DNA of 64,000 nt from Octopus bimaculoides (lineage: Eukaryota): assembly GCF_001194135.2 (NCBI RefSeq), contig NC_068983.1, positions 61,051,090-61,115,089 on the forward strand. Direction: 5' to 3'. Positions 37,401 through 49,250 of this stretch are shown here, piece after piece. Under the pieces are notes generated by a model. That model saw only the letters and a program-made list of their open reading frames with translations. It had not been told where the DNA came from and made no database searches. A program made the position numbers and the translations under genes. Position 1 is the first letter of the stretch. Every line of letters begins with the position of its first letter.

Positions 37401-38730
37401 TACCTTTTTCGAAGCAAAGTAATATTTTGCCATTGCCAGACATGATCTTGCAGAATATTGCTGATTAATGATACTGCTTGTATAAAAGTGACAGTCAGTT
37501 TACAGCTATCATGTGGTGTCAAAATAAGGAGACATGCACATACACATATGATGGGCTGCTTTCAGTTTGTGTCTACCGAATCCACTCAAGGCTTTGGTTG
37601 GCATGGGGCTACTGTAGAAGACATATACTCAAGGTGCCATACAGTAGGATTGAACCAGGAACCATGTGATTAGAAAGCAAATTTCTAACTGCCCAACCAT
37701 GCCTGCAATTAAACTTTTTTACTTCTGAAATATTTGATGAAATGCTTTCAAGTATAATATATAATAAACTATAAGTATAAGGGTTACAACAAAAACTGGA
37801 GAATATTTCCCCAAGAAATGAATCAGAAACATTAATTTTACTAAATGTTTGCAAAATTGTTTTTATTTAAATATTAAAAAGGAGTCTCAATGTTAAAAGT
37901 TGGGAGCTACTGGTCTGCACTAATTTTCATCCAGATTATTATATATGGTAGGGTTGTGGTGTTACTGAATACACTGGAGGGATGAGCTGGCTGCTTTATG
38001 ATGATCAGATATTTAAGTCCAAATCTTATTTGGTTCAATTTTTTTTTTACTTTTCCAAATATGTACTACTAATATAAATAACCTTAAGTCATTTGACTAC
38101 ATCTTTATTACAAATATGATCTGCTTTAGAAACAAATCTGAAAAAAAAAAATCGTTATTGTCTCTGATTGCTTTTTAGGTTTCATTCTATTGCCTGTAGT
38201 TGCCAGGTACAGCATCTCAACTAATATTTTTTATAAATATTTATAGCTGTATCGTAAATATTTATAGCTGTATCATTATGTTGTTAACTGCCAAACTAAC
38301 CAATTGATCCTTCTTTAGTCAACAGATATCACAGATGAAAGTGAATATATAAATGAAGAACAAGCATGGAATTATAAGCTAGGAGATGTCTTTGAAGATG
38401 AATATGAAAGAAGTTGGGGAAGATATGAGAATGGTTTGTCTGCTGTTAATACCTTTTTTGTGTTCTTATCAGTGTTGAAGAGAGAGTTTTGTATTTGTTT
38501 CTTTATGAGTTGGCTGAATCTGTAAATCTCTTCCCCTTCACTTGTTTCAATCATTAGACTGCAGCCATACTAGGGCACCATCCTATAAAACTTTCAGTCA
38601 AATGAATTGACCCCAGTACTTATTTTTTTGTAAAGTCTGGCACTTATTCTATCAGTCTCTTTTGCCAAACTGCTAAGTTATAGGGACATAAACACACCAA
38701 CACCACTTGTCAAGTGGTAGTGGGGGACAA

Positions 38731-38781
<51 letters not shown>

Positions 38782-41656
38782 ACGAGCTTCTTTCAGTTTC
38801 CATCTTGCAAATCCACTCACAAGGCTTTGGTCAGCCTGAGGTTATTAGTAGAAGGCACTTGCCCAAGGTTCCACACAGTGGAACTGAACCCAGAACCATG
38901 TGGTTGGGACACAAGTGTCTTACCTCACAGTCATGTCTGCACCTGTTGATATTTTACATGTATCATAGTTATTGCATTTGATGTGAAACCATTCTTGATA
39001 ATAAATACATCATACTGATAACATTCTCTGTTTGATCACTCTGACTAAACTTGATCCTTCAGTCAGTAATCAAATTGTAGCCATCTTTATAATTGTTGTT
39101 TTGGAGATTTAGGATTCTGGGTTTTTTTCCCCTACCTTTAAGATTTTACAGAGATTCTTGAGAGATACTTGGATATTGCATTGATAAGTAGAGTGACCAT
39201 GTAGAGACTCTCACAAGTTTTATATTTTTATATTTATTTGATGATGCTCTAGATTAACTAAGTCAATCGTGGTATGATTTGAAATCAGAACGCTTAGCAT
39301 CTCATCATTATTACTGTTTTATAATTTTGGCTTTAAATGTAGATTGCTAACTTCACTGTCTTATTGGGCTAATAATTGTCTTGTTTTGTACTAAATTTGT
39401 TATTCTAAGGTATCGGGATTTCCAATATGTGTCCTCAAATTTTAAGTGGCGGAGTCTGCCTAGGAACCTAATTAACTGACACTGAACTTCCTTCAATGAG
39501 ATATATGTCTACATTCAGCTAGTCAGGACCTATTTGTTTATGTTTATGTGACCTTTATTCAAAGTTTCATTTTATTTTGTAAAAGGTTCAAGTTTACTTT
39601 TAATACCTGATTCTAATTTGCCTTCAGTGAGTTGAACATTGAAGATTAAAATGAAGTATGAAATCCCATTTTGTGGTGTTTCTTTAATTCACTGTAAATA
39701 GATTAACTATTTACAGAGTTGGTTTAAAACAAATGAACCAAGTGAGATATAGCAAGCTTTTTTTGTTAAATATATTTAATTTTAAAGAAAGATTATATAA
39801 AATATTAATAAGAGAATAACAATCAAGTACTGTCGGAACTAAGGATTATTATTGGTAAATTTAAAATAAGGAAGAAACCAGACTTAGAATTTGGCCTCAT
39901 CAATTGTTTACCAGAAAAATGTTTTTATTGGACTTAACAGACTTGACGATTTCAGATATAAAACATTCATAACTTGGAATCTATGAATTACACAAATGGT
40001 TTACTAGACACATCTAAGAATTCTATTCCTTAAGTGACCCGAGAGTAACAGTAGTGAAAACATAGTAGCTACAGTAAGCAAGGGGTGGAAGAAATTTTAA
40101 GATGTTTTCACTATTGATTATAAAGAGCATGTCTCTTTGTACAAAAAACAAACTAAATGAAAAGTAGTCTTGAATTTGAGTGACTGGACATTAAAGTTGA
40201 AAGCCCTAGAATGGAATAATGAATGCAAGGGGATAAATAACTTGTGCTGTTAGTGTAGAGTATTTGTAGCAAAGAATAACTATAATCAGAGGTAGTAAAA
40301 CCTGCTGAGCCCTCACATACAAAAATCTAAGATGAGTGTTGATAAGTCAGATGTGTCTACCATGCAGTAAATGTTGATGTGGAAAGTTGAGCATTGAAAC
40401 CATGACAACAATGACTTTACTGATTAGCAGAAACTATACTTCCACTATTTTACAGTTAAATTACCAGGTTAGACCAATTTTATTACAGTTAAATTACCAG
40501 GTCAAGCTGAACAGAGATTTATATTTAACATTGCAGTAATAAAATGCAGATGCTGGATTGATACATTTGGATTGTCATTATTTATAAAATAGATACCTAC
40601 ATTAAAATGTAGTTGGCATCGACTTTATAACACATAAGACTTATGTCAATGTGTAATGACTTTCAAAACATTCACTTTTGTTCTTTCTTTTGATTTATAT
40701 TACAGAGATATACTTGCATAGCAAGTGACCTGCTCTGAGATTGTGTGCTGGAACGAAAACAATTGCAGCATGGAAGGTGTTTATAAGCCATTTAAAAACA
40801 TACAAAAACTGTTAGATTCACTTCAACATTTAAATTTAATTTGCCAAAATATTTTCGTCATTTTGAGACTGAAACCTGATCACTGACAAAATTCCGGAAT
40901 TTTGTCAGTGATCAGGTCACAGTCTCAAAGCGACGAAAATATTTTGGCAAATTAAATTTAAATGTTGAAGCGAATCTAACGGTTTTTGTTTCTCTAAATG
41001 GCTTATAAACAACTTCCACGCTGCAATTGTTTTTGATTTATACATTGCTGAAAATTATATTTTATTAATTGTACAACAAAGTTTAGATTCACTTAGTAAT
41101 AAAAATTATATTATATTTTCCTTATTCAGATTACTTTGAACATAGTAAAGAATGGGAATCTTACGATGCATGGGCCAACAGAATATCATCTGAGAGAAAG
41201 AGGAAAAAGGAATCATTGAAATATGAGTACAGTTTTAAGAAACCTCAAAAGAAGTTACACAGAGGGAATTCGAAAACACACACTCCAAATCCTGTTTCAC
41301 AACCTAAAAGAAAACATTCTGAGAGAAAACTCACTGAAGTGGAATTTTTGAGGAATGAAAAGAAATACAAAAAGTTGTTAAATGGAAACCAGAAGGAAAT
41401 TCTTTCTTTTGATAGCTTCCCTTGGCCAACTGACAACCAGGGAATATGTCTTTCTTATGAAGGTGTAGAATCTCTTCATATTGACAATACGTTAGAGAAC
41501 AAAATGCTGGTCCGAAAACTGCAGCGCCGATGGCATCCTGACAAGTTTATGCAGAACTTTGGAAACCGTTTGCTTGAATCAGATAGGGACCACATTATTA
41601 ACCAAATTAATGAAATAGCCAAAGCACTGAACAAAATTAATGAAAAATTAGTTTGA
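31251..41656 (+). CDS. NFKBIL1: NF-kappa-B inhibitor-like protein 1 homolog (ankyrin repeats plus conserved C-terminal domain), 359 aa; join(31251-31447,34619-34734,36995-37119,38319-38433,41130-41656)
   Basis: All introns are GT-AG with consistent phases (2,1,0,1); the 1080-nt CDS stays in frame. The protein has ANK-like GGNLLHTCC and TDFNGNLPHHYA, YQEFVKPFLNAFPDCLMFKNRFGEST, WNYKLGDVFEDEYERSWGRYE, ESYDAWANRI, FPWP and RRWHPDKFMQNF...IAKALN, collinear with vertebrate NFKBIL1. Confidence 0.88.
31911..32220 (+). mobile_element. SINE family C copy (B box deleted), in NFKBIL1 intron 1
   Basis: High similarity to 30221-30562. Confidence 0.9.
32353..32428. repeat. Perfect 36-bp tandem duplication
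   Basis: tagtgggatacaatgaattcctgattgcttttaatc x2 plus tagt. Confidence 0.95.
32625..33096. mobile_element. Fold-back/MITE-like element with ~110-120-bp inverted arms
   Basis: 32625-32737 is the diverged reverse complement of 32976-33096 (catcgcgaatataaacaaacatgt.ggacgataca...ttaccagtcag.tat.attaatgatacgagggg). Confidence 0.8.
34014..34091. repeat. 30-bp-stem hairpin (29/30 match, 18-nt loop)
   Basis: aggtaaagaatatgcacaccacccgttttt ... aaaaacgggtggtgtgcgtattctttacct. Confidence 0.9.
34265..34497 (+). mobile_element. SINE family B copy
   Basis: Homologous to 21133-21345. Confidence 0.88.
34619..34734 (+). CDS. NFKBIL1: NFKBIL1 coding exon 2 (ankyrin repeat)
   Basis: aaacag|A TAT CTT...YLLRKEVNPLQTDFNGNLPHHYAVHQLLYIEDPHEAQF G|gtaagt. 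Confidence 0.85.
35066..35440 (-). mobile_element. SINE family C copy (antisense, intron 2)
   Basis: Reverse complement of the family C consensus from head to tail. Confidence 0.9.
35830..36500 (-). mobile_element. RTE LINE 3' fragment plus (GAT)n-ended tail
   Basis: Reverse-strand similarity to 28750-29150 and to the tail at 62460-62695. Confidence 0.7.
36995..37119 (+). CDS. NFKBIL1: NFKBIL1 coding exon 3
   Basis: cttcag|TC TAT...VYQEFVKPFLNAFPDCLMFKNRFGESTEDLLLQFFHYQNIYQ|gtaatt. Confidence 0.85.
37545..37707 (-). mobile_element. SINE family A 5' half (antisense)
   Basis: Reverse complement of the family A head and core. Confidence 0.8.
38319..38433 (+). CDS. NFKBIL1: NFKBIL1 coding exon 4
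   Basis: ttctttag|STDITDESEYINEEQAWNYKLGDVFEDEYERSWGRYEN G|gtttgt; this is the acceptor that gives phase 0. Confidence 0.82.
38552..38943 (-). mobile_element. SINE family A full-length copy (antisense, intron 4)
   Basis: Reverse complement of 25479-25900, including the internal microsatellite. Confidence 0.88.
40756..41033. mobile_element. ~278-bp zero-spacer palindrome (fold-back MITE-like) in NFKBIL1 intron 4
   Basis: Arms 40756-40895 and 40896-41033 are reverse complements with about 8 substitutions and one short indel region; centre aaaattcc|ggaatttt. Confidence 0.92.
41130..41656 (+). CDS. NFKBIL1: NFKBIL1 coding exon 5 (last)
   Basis: attcag|AT TAC...DYFEHSKEWESYDAWANRISSE...RWHPDKF...NEKLV*; in frame with track ORF 41216-41656. 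Confidence 0.9.
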
Positions 41657-42999
41657 AAAGCTTGTATTGTGTTGAAATTATTCTGTTGATATAACTTCAA
41701 ACTAACTGTAAAATAAAAAATAAAATATTTGAAATGCCTTACTTATAGGCTGTGCATTAAATAAAATATTATATATATTTTGATCTTTTAAAATTTTCTT
41801 TATTTTTTACACTTCAGTGATTTTATTTGAATAGGATGGTTTTCACAAATTTGTACCCCTTTGAGAAGTGGCAGTGTAGCACATTAAACAATCTGCAGCA
41901 GACTGACACAAAAGATGTAATCTGCCTTCAAGTGGTACAGCACAAACACAATTGTTGTGGTTAGGAGACAAAGTTTATCTTCTCAGGAACTGTTTAAAGA
42001 GTGATGAGAAATGTGGATTGGAAGAAAAGAAAATTTTTTTCATGTGTGTTGTGTAGTAACAGAAGGAAAATTGGCTACAATTTCAGTGGCTTGATCTGCA
42101 GGAGTGCTATTCAAAGAGCCATATTGGTTAAGAAATAAGAATATTCTAGAGATACTCTTGGCCAGGGTTGCAACTGAAGTGATGAGAGAGTTTTTTCAAT
42201 GATCATCTTACAGACATTGTGATGGTTTATAAATACCTTTGTCTTTCGCCTACCTGTATGAACCACGTAGTGGTTTTGTCAGGGATACTATCTGCTTAAC
42301 TGGTTAAGTTGAAACACATTTGTTACAGCAACAAGCATTGCCCCAACCATTGTTGTGGAACAGTTTACTTAGTTAAACTATTAGTTTGGTAATTTGATGA
42401 TTAGGTTTCAAGATGAGAAAGTGAGCAGAAATGTTTGGAGAATCAGTGTGTCGAGGATACAAGCAAAAGAGAAAAACTAGCTGATGTAGCTGATTTCTGA
42501 TATGTTCCTTATATATTAAACCTGAATAATTTCTGGAATTGGTTGGCCAAGCTTTCTTTTTCATTATTAACAACTTTACACTTAGAGATATTGCTGAGAA
42601 GTTTCTTGTTATGTCCTTCAGATAATTAGAAGTTGCGCTCCCTGTAAGCCAACAAATATTGAGCTTGCAAGGAAGTTTTTACATGGTTGCTTGACCTGCT
42701 ACAAATAGCAGCTAAAGCTTCACAAGTCATACTCAAATGGCTTTTTTTTTTTTTTTTTAAAGGGGACTCCTTGGACAGTGTAAATCCTGACATACAGGCC
42801 ATGATTTTAACTTCGTAATTTTGCTGATTTGGTTTTAGATCTTGCTACAAAATCAAAGAAGGATGACAGGGGACCAAGACTCCTGGCAGTTTGCTGTGCT
42901 CAAAAAGACATGACAAGCTAAATAAAAGCATGGTTACCCTTAACATTACAGGTTCATCTCTTGCACCCCTAATCTTTTGGGCTTGTAGGTATTGGTGCC

Positions 43000-43180
43000 A
43001 CATAAAAAGCATCCATGCTGGTGCTGCATAAAAATATCCTGTACACTCTGTGAAATAGTTGACATTAGGAAGGACATCCAGCCATAGGAAACAGATATGG
43101 AGTCTGAACAGCCCTTCAGCTGGTCAGTTCCTGTCAAACCGTCCAACTCATGCCAGTATAGAAAACATGCGTTAAATGAT
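43000..43180 (+). mobile_element. RTE-type 3' tail fragment
   Basis: aggaaggacatccagccatag...gtcaaaccgtccaactcatgccagtatagaaaacatgcgttaaatgat; same tail as 62540-62695. Confidence 0.7.
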
Positions 43181-46129
43181 AACGATGTAGTGTTTGAATG
43201 TATGTTGAATCATCATTCTTCATTCTTCAACCAAGACATTCTGCTTAGCTGCACTTCTATAGAAAAAAGCCTCCACATTTTCTGTTTCCTTCACTTACCA
43301 CTTCATATTGCATATTCTTATAAAATACACCTTTTCTGCCTCATCACTACATACACAATTACCTGCATGTTAAAAAAGCAACCATGTCTTCAAATGACAC
43401 CCACCAACTTTTTTTAAATGATGCATTGGGCTTTAGAATTTTAAATACACTGTATCTGAATAAAGGATAGTCAAAACTGAACTGCTTAGGCTTTTACATA
43501 TAATTGTTATTCCAGTGTATTTAGATGTTTAAGTGCATGTCTATTACATATATGTTTGCATGTAGTTAAGAAGTTTGCTTCTCAACCATGTAATTTTTAG
43601 GTTAAATCCCACTGTGTGACACCTTAGACATGTGCCTTCTAGTATCTATCTATCTCAGTTTCACATTTTTTGAATTCTCTATATTAACTATCAACTTGTG
43701 GCCACCAGTAAGAATGTACTAGTATGCCTGTTGCTATAGGCTTGCAGAGGTCATGAACATTGTTCCTATGCAATCATTGTCATTCATACATACATCATCA
43801 TCACTTAAAATTCATCTTCAATGCTAGTAAGAGTCAAATGGTTCAACAGGATCTGATGAGACAGAAGGCTACATTAAACACCTATGTCTGCTACAGTATG
43901 GTTTCTACAGCTGTATGTTCTTCCTAACACCAACTACTTCCCAGAGTGTATTGGGTGATTTTTTTCTTGTAGAAGTGTCATAAACGAGGTTACCATGTAA
44001 TTTGCAGGACAAAAAACTTCCTTCAATTGAGTGGGTTTGTAGCAGAGATTGAAGTGACTTTATATCAGGTGTTGAGAGGACAAAGAACTGTAGTCTTTTG
44101 ATTTGTTATATTTAGAAGTTGTAAAGCTCTATAAAATATTAACTGAGCACAGTAATCACAGGAAAAGTTAAATAATGTGTAACCTACAACGGTATTAGTG
44201 GGAAAATGACTTAGCAAAGGTGTTGCCTCAAGGTGTATTGTCACAATAAATATAGAAAGAAGGATATGAGATGCTGGTGGTTGAGTTGGGTTCAGGCTGC
44301 ATAAAATGAATGCACAACACTCATGAACAATTAACAGAATTTTATTTCACTGCACAAAATTTTCCGTGTTGGTCATGATTTAAAAATGCAACGACAAAGT
44401 TTACACACAGGAAGGACGATTCTGCTGCTATTAGAAATAGTTGATTAAGAAGACTTTGTAATTAAGCTGCCAAGACAAACTGTAGCTGTTATCTAGGTTG
44501 AGTAAAGAGTCGTGAGTCTGAGCATCTTCTTAAGTACAATTTCTTTTTTCACGCAGGGTTGAACCATGGCTCTTACTTATGAGCAAATATAAGTATGTAG
44601 AGGGATAAAAGTAAACGAACTATTATACTTTCAATCACGCTCCTTGATAATTTGATCTTTTATACTTTTAATAATTTTTATTTCTTTTCTTCTTGTAAAA
44701 ATATGTTGGTAATAAATTTGCCTCTGATAATAAAAAAAAATTAACGAAATATTTATTAAAGGTGAGAATATATTGTGACATTAAAGAAAGATAACTGATA
44801 CTATTAAAACTAGTCAAAGTAAATGAGAGATTCTCTGTCAGCGAACACCGATAAGGGAGATGACTCTTATGATTACCGCAACTACCACAAATGTTTTGAC
44901 CCATGTCAAGTGAGTGACATATTACTTTTTACTCTTCTCTCTATTTCTGCAGCAGTTAATTGCTTTATTCTCTTGTGTGTTCGGACGTCTTTGTCTTTTT
45001 ATAGGAACTATTTACTAAACAATTTAATTGAATTATTTATTAAAATAAAATGTTTAATTTACAATTCAGCGAGCAATTCTTTTATGTCCGAGCAATAACA
45101 ATCTTTATTTATTTTTATCTTTGATTGTACAATTGTGAACATATAAAGCTAAATTACTGAGGCCAAGTACTCTGAATAAACATTTTGACTAATCCTTTTT
45201 CTTTTCTTCTTAAAACTACAGAAATCTCTCCTTTATAATAGTTTGTTTCATCTCTTCTTCCTATATAACTCAAATATTTCGCCCAGTTTTTTCCATCCCC
45301 TAGTTTACGAAGACTTAATTTAACTGCTCCACCTCCACAACGTTAGAGCATCCTACTGGTTGATTTAACCATATCACTTCCAGTACTTCGCTTTAGTCAA
45401 AACCTTTATCTAAATACACTTTTGTGTTTATAAGTTGTGAACATATACACATCTTACTTTATGTATCTATTCTAGTGTATAAAGTGTTACTGTCAACGCA
45501 CACCAATGTTATCCATGACTATTTTTAACTGGTTCCAGTTTTATCTGATCTACCGAAGGATGGTGTTACGTTGTTTTTGTTTGCCTAAATGATTTGTTTG
45601 AGTAGATTCATGGCTCTCAGTTATCAATTCATGTCCTGCTACAGACCTGATGTTGATTTTGGATAAACTGTTTAACTAAAGTTTCTTTTTTCCTCACGGT
45701 TCAGCCGCCGTGTCCTATTTAATTGTTGCCTCGTGCTGCTTGGTTTTATGTTTCGCATTTTGAGTTCAAATCTCGGTGTAGTTGACTTCAATTTTTATTC
45801 CACCAGAGTTGACAACATAGTACCAGTTGTTGTTTAGGCACAAGTGAACTGTAATTGGCACTGTCATGGTATTAGCTGTCAGAAGCGAAAATTGAAAAAT
45901 CTAAACAGTGCCTTGTAATTAAGCATATTCATTCGGTCATAGTTTGTCTCGGACTTCTTTATCAAATATGTGACTTTCCGTGTTTTAAGATAAAGCTCCG
46001 GTTTGAGGAAGATTTAGCTGCTATTTTTAGCAGATCGAGTTACCACTTAAAAGCGTCTTCATTGGTTCGTATAGTATCAATAAATGTATATAACTTATTT
46101 CTGATAACCAATTTCAAATATTTCACATA

Positions 46130-48060
46130 TTTATTAAACTGACACTTATATACTGTGCATGCTTATGTAGAACTGGTATTTCTCTGCTGTATATCATACA
46201 ACTCATTGTGACATGAACGTTGAGACATTTAGGTGTAAGGTTGGTTAGAATAGTGATATCAGTGTGCGAGAGTGGGGACTGTTGTAAGGATGAAGAATGG
46301 GAAAAGTGATGCATAGTGAAGGTTGGAGTGCATCAGGGTTATTATTAAGCCCTCCACTATTTGTACTTGTGAGAAGCTGGTTTGAAGTGTAAACGACAGT
46401 TTATTTTGATAGTTTGCTGTATGCAGATGGTATGGTATTAACAACAGTGTGTGTGAATGGATTGAAGGAGAAGAGGAATGAGTGGAATGAAAAGGTTATG
46501 AAGGTGAATATTAGAAAGATAGAGGTGATGGCATGTGGTGAGATGGAAAGATTGGGAAGTGGATGTGTGCTGGAAAAGAAGATGGAATGAATTTCATTAA
46601 ATATATAATATGCACCAGATGGGTTCATCAAAAATGCAGTGATATGAGAGAATTATAAACTAAAGTGGCTCCTACACTTGATTGTGAGGTGGTATCAAAG
46701 AGTTCCAGGACTAGTTATGTTTAATAAGAAAAAAAAATAACAAGTTTTAACATCATTTCCTTCAAAATAGTCACATTGTACAGCAATACAGCAGTCCCAA
46801 CATTCCTGCCATTTTTGGAATCCAGCCTGGAAGTCATTTCCTGTGAGTTGAGGACCTGTGATTCACTCTTGATCTCGACAATGGTGTTAAAAGAGTGACC
46901 TTTGAGCTGCCTTTTCATCTTGAGGAAGAGATGGAAGTCCACATGTACTAAATCTGGCATATAGGTTGGGTGCAGAAGCGATACCACCTTGTTTTTGGTG
47001 AGAAACTCACAAATGAGGAGAGCTTGGTGACAAGGGGCATTGTCATCATGAAGAATTCAGACGTTAAGATTGCCTGCATGGACCCCTATGACAGTAACAA
47101 CATCAGCAATGTCATTGATTGTCCTCTGACGATCCTCATGCACAAGTTGATGAATTTTCTTCACATTTCCAAGGGTGACACTCATGTTAGGTCTTCCAGG
47201 TCGCTTGTCTTTCAGGGATGTTCTTTCACTTTTGAAGTCACTCGAAACATTGCATATGACTCATTGTCTCACTACCGTAAGCTGGCTGAAGCTTGCTCAA
47301 TGTCTCTAGCAAACTTCCCAAGTTTAACACAAAATTTCACGTTGGCTCTTTGTTCCAACTTCCTGTCCATGACAAAAATCACAGACTACAGCATACATGT
47401 GATCACAAAAANNNNNNNNNNTCCTGTCCATGACAAAAATCACAGACTACAGCATACATGTGATCACAAAAACACAAATTTCACAACTTGCAAAAGTAAA
47501 CACAGCAATGTCACTTGGCACACTACCTCATGAAGGTCATTACTAGCTCTCCCTGTACACAGAACCATGTGCTGTCGTCTGTTGGCACATTACAGAACTA
47601 GTTTGGGTACTTTTTTTAATACCACCATGTATGCAAAGAGCTACAGATGAAGAAAATGTTTGATTCTGGAAATTGCTAGAGTAAGATTCACGTGGAAGAA
47701 GTTCCAAGTTCTGAGTAGCATACTAATGAAAATAGGATTTTTACTGTAACTGAAGAGAAAGTTATGTGCCACATGTGTGAGAAGTGATATGATTTATAGA
47801 AGTGAGACGTAAGTAATGGTCATAGAAGCAGAGAGGAGAGAAAGCTGGAAAGAACAGAAATGAGAATGGTTTGGTAGATGTGCAGAGTGTCATCAAGAAA
47901 GCAGAAGTCAATGAACTGCAAAGGATAATGTGAATTGAGCCAGTGATTTATGTATGCAGAAATGGGATGAGATGGCTGAGTCATGCAATTGGGTGAGAAG
48001 AGTGGTGGAAATGGATGCAGAAAAAAGTAGGAGGAGGGCAAGGGATTTCATGGTGAGATA
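46130..48060 (+). mobile_element. Old RTE LINE remnant interrupted by a mariner insertion
   Basis: 46130-46680 resembles RT through the C..C..WVH.KC segment; 47632-48060 continues with the ARVRFTWKKF.. and W..H segments. Confidence 0.6.
46684..47630 (-). mobile_element. Internally deleted mariner element (second family) with TIRs
   Basis: Ends gaggtggtatcaaagagttccaggactag / ctagtttgggtactttttttaataccaccatgta. Minus ORF LHPTYMPDLVHVDFHLFLKMKRQLKGHSFNTIVEIKSES (HPPYSPDLAPxDF motif). Confidence 0.82.
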
Positions 48061-48615
48061 TGTAAAGGATAAAGCAAAATGGAGGAGAGGGTTATTGGGC
48101 TCTCAAAGCTAACCTCTACTTTAGCAGGGAAATGGCCTTAAAACACTTGTGATGTGTTGTTCTATTGTGTAACTGATATTTTCCAATTTTGACCCTTGAA
48201 CTTTTACAGATGTTGCAGCTAATTAACTGTTTTGACAGGATTATTTCAAACTGACCCATGGGACAGATCTTAGGAATAAAGGTTCTGATCTGAATCTGTG
48301 AAAAAAAAAGCTGTCCATCAAATAGGAAACTTCCACTCAACTATACACTTAAATTGTAAGTTTCTTGTTTCTACTACTGCTACTACAATAGTACTGATCC
48401 TTTGAGTTTTCCAACTGTATAAACCTCGACTTAAACTGATACACTTTTCCCAGGGTTTTGTCTAGTGTACCTTATCTCAAGCTATGGCACTAATTTTTTT
48501 CTGATCTTGCCCTATGATGCTGCATTCCATTGAAATATTCTTCCTCCATATGGTTCAGTCAAACTCAATATTAGCTGTATTAACTTCACCTAACTTCTCC
48601 TCCACCTCCAGTTAA

Positions 48616-48689
48616 CCTTTCCAGGCCCACTGAAACTATAATGGTGGTTGAGGTCAACCACCATTATAGTTTCAGTGGGCCTGGAAAGG
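48616..48689. repeat. Perfect 36-bp inverted repeat with a 2-nt spacer
   Basis: cctttccaggcccactgaaactataatggtggttga-gg-tcaaccaccattatagtttcagtgggcctggaaagg. Confidence 0.97.
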
Positions 48690-48824
48690 CATAGGTTCTG
48701 CCCCACCTCTTCAAAGTGAACACAGAAAGTTAGTTTGCCAGCTGGAGTAACAAGATTCTTTAATATGAAGAATTGGCATTAAAGTTTAGTGTTCAAACGT
48801 TAACATATTCACAATAAACACTAT

Positions 48825-49250
48825 CATAATGTAACATCAATATTTCCATGTTGGCATGGGTTGGATGGTTTGACAGGAGCTGGAGAGCCAGAGGACTGTG
48901 CCAAGCTCCAATGTCTACTTTGACATTATTTCTACAGCTGGACGCTCTTCCTAACACCAACCACTTTATAGAGCATACTCTTTTTTTTTTTTACATGGCA
49001 CTAGCACCAGTGAAATCATGAAGTAACTCGCAAGACAGGATCCTCAACTGAGATATGCATAGTATTGAGGGAGATGGTTTTATGTCAGATAATGAGAGAT
49101 TAAAGTATGATAGAGGGACTGGAACAGATTTCTTGCTGTAGGTGAGATACATGGTTACCTCAGCTGGAAAAGAGATGTATCAAGGCACACCCTCAAGTTA
49201 CAGGAAAGTAAATATGAGAAAGGTGGTGTGGATTACTCATCATATATTTT
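48825..49250 (-). mobile_element. RTE-type 3' tail fragment (antisense)
   Basis: catgttggcatgggttggatggtttgacagg...ctggacgctcttcctaacaccaaccactt; same tail family as 36325 and 55437. Confidence 0.7.

Noticed and set aside
41216-41656. 146-aa stand-alone ORF
   Set aside because: It is the 3' part of NFKBIL1 exon 5, not a separate gene.
44823-45098. 91-aa ORF with a strong donor (caa|gtgagt at 44910)
   Set aside because: No recognisable homology or partner exon. It could be a non-coding exon but cannot be supported from sequence alone.
47361-47472. 51-bp direct repeat flanking a 10-N gap
   Set aside because: Identical sequence on both sides of a minimal gap indicates unmerged overlapping contig ends (assembly artefact).
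46970-47533. 187-aa plus-strand ORF
   Set aside because: Antisense to the mariner remnant and crosses the artefactual gap.
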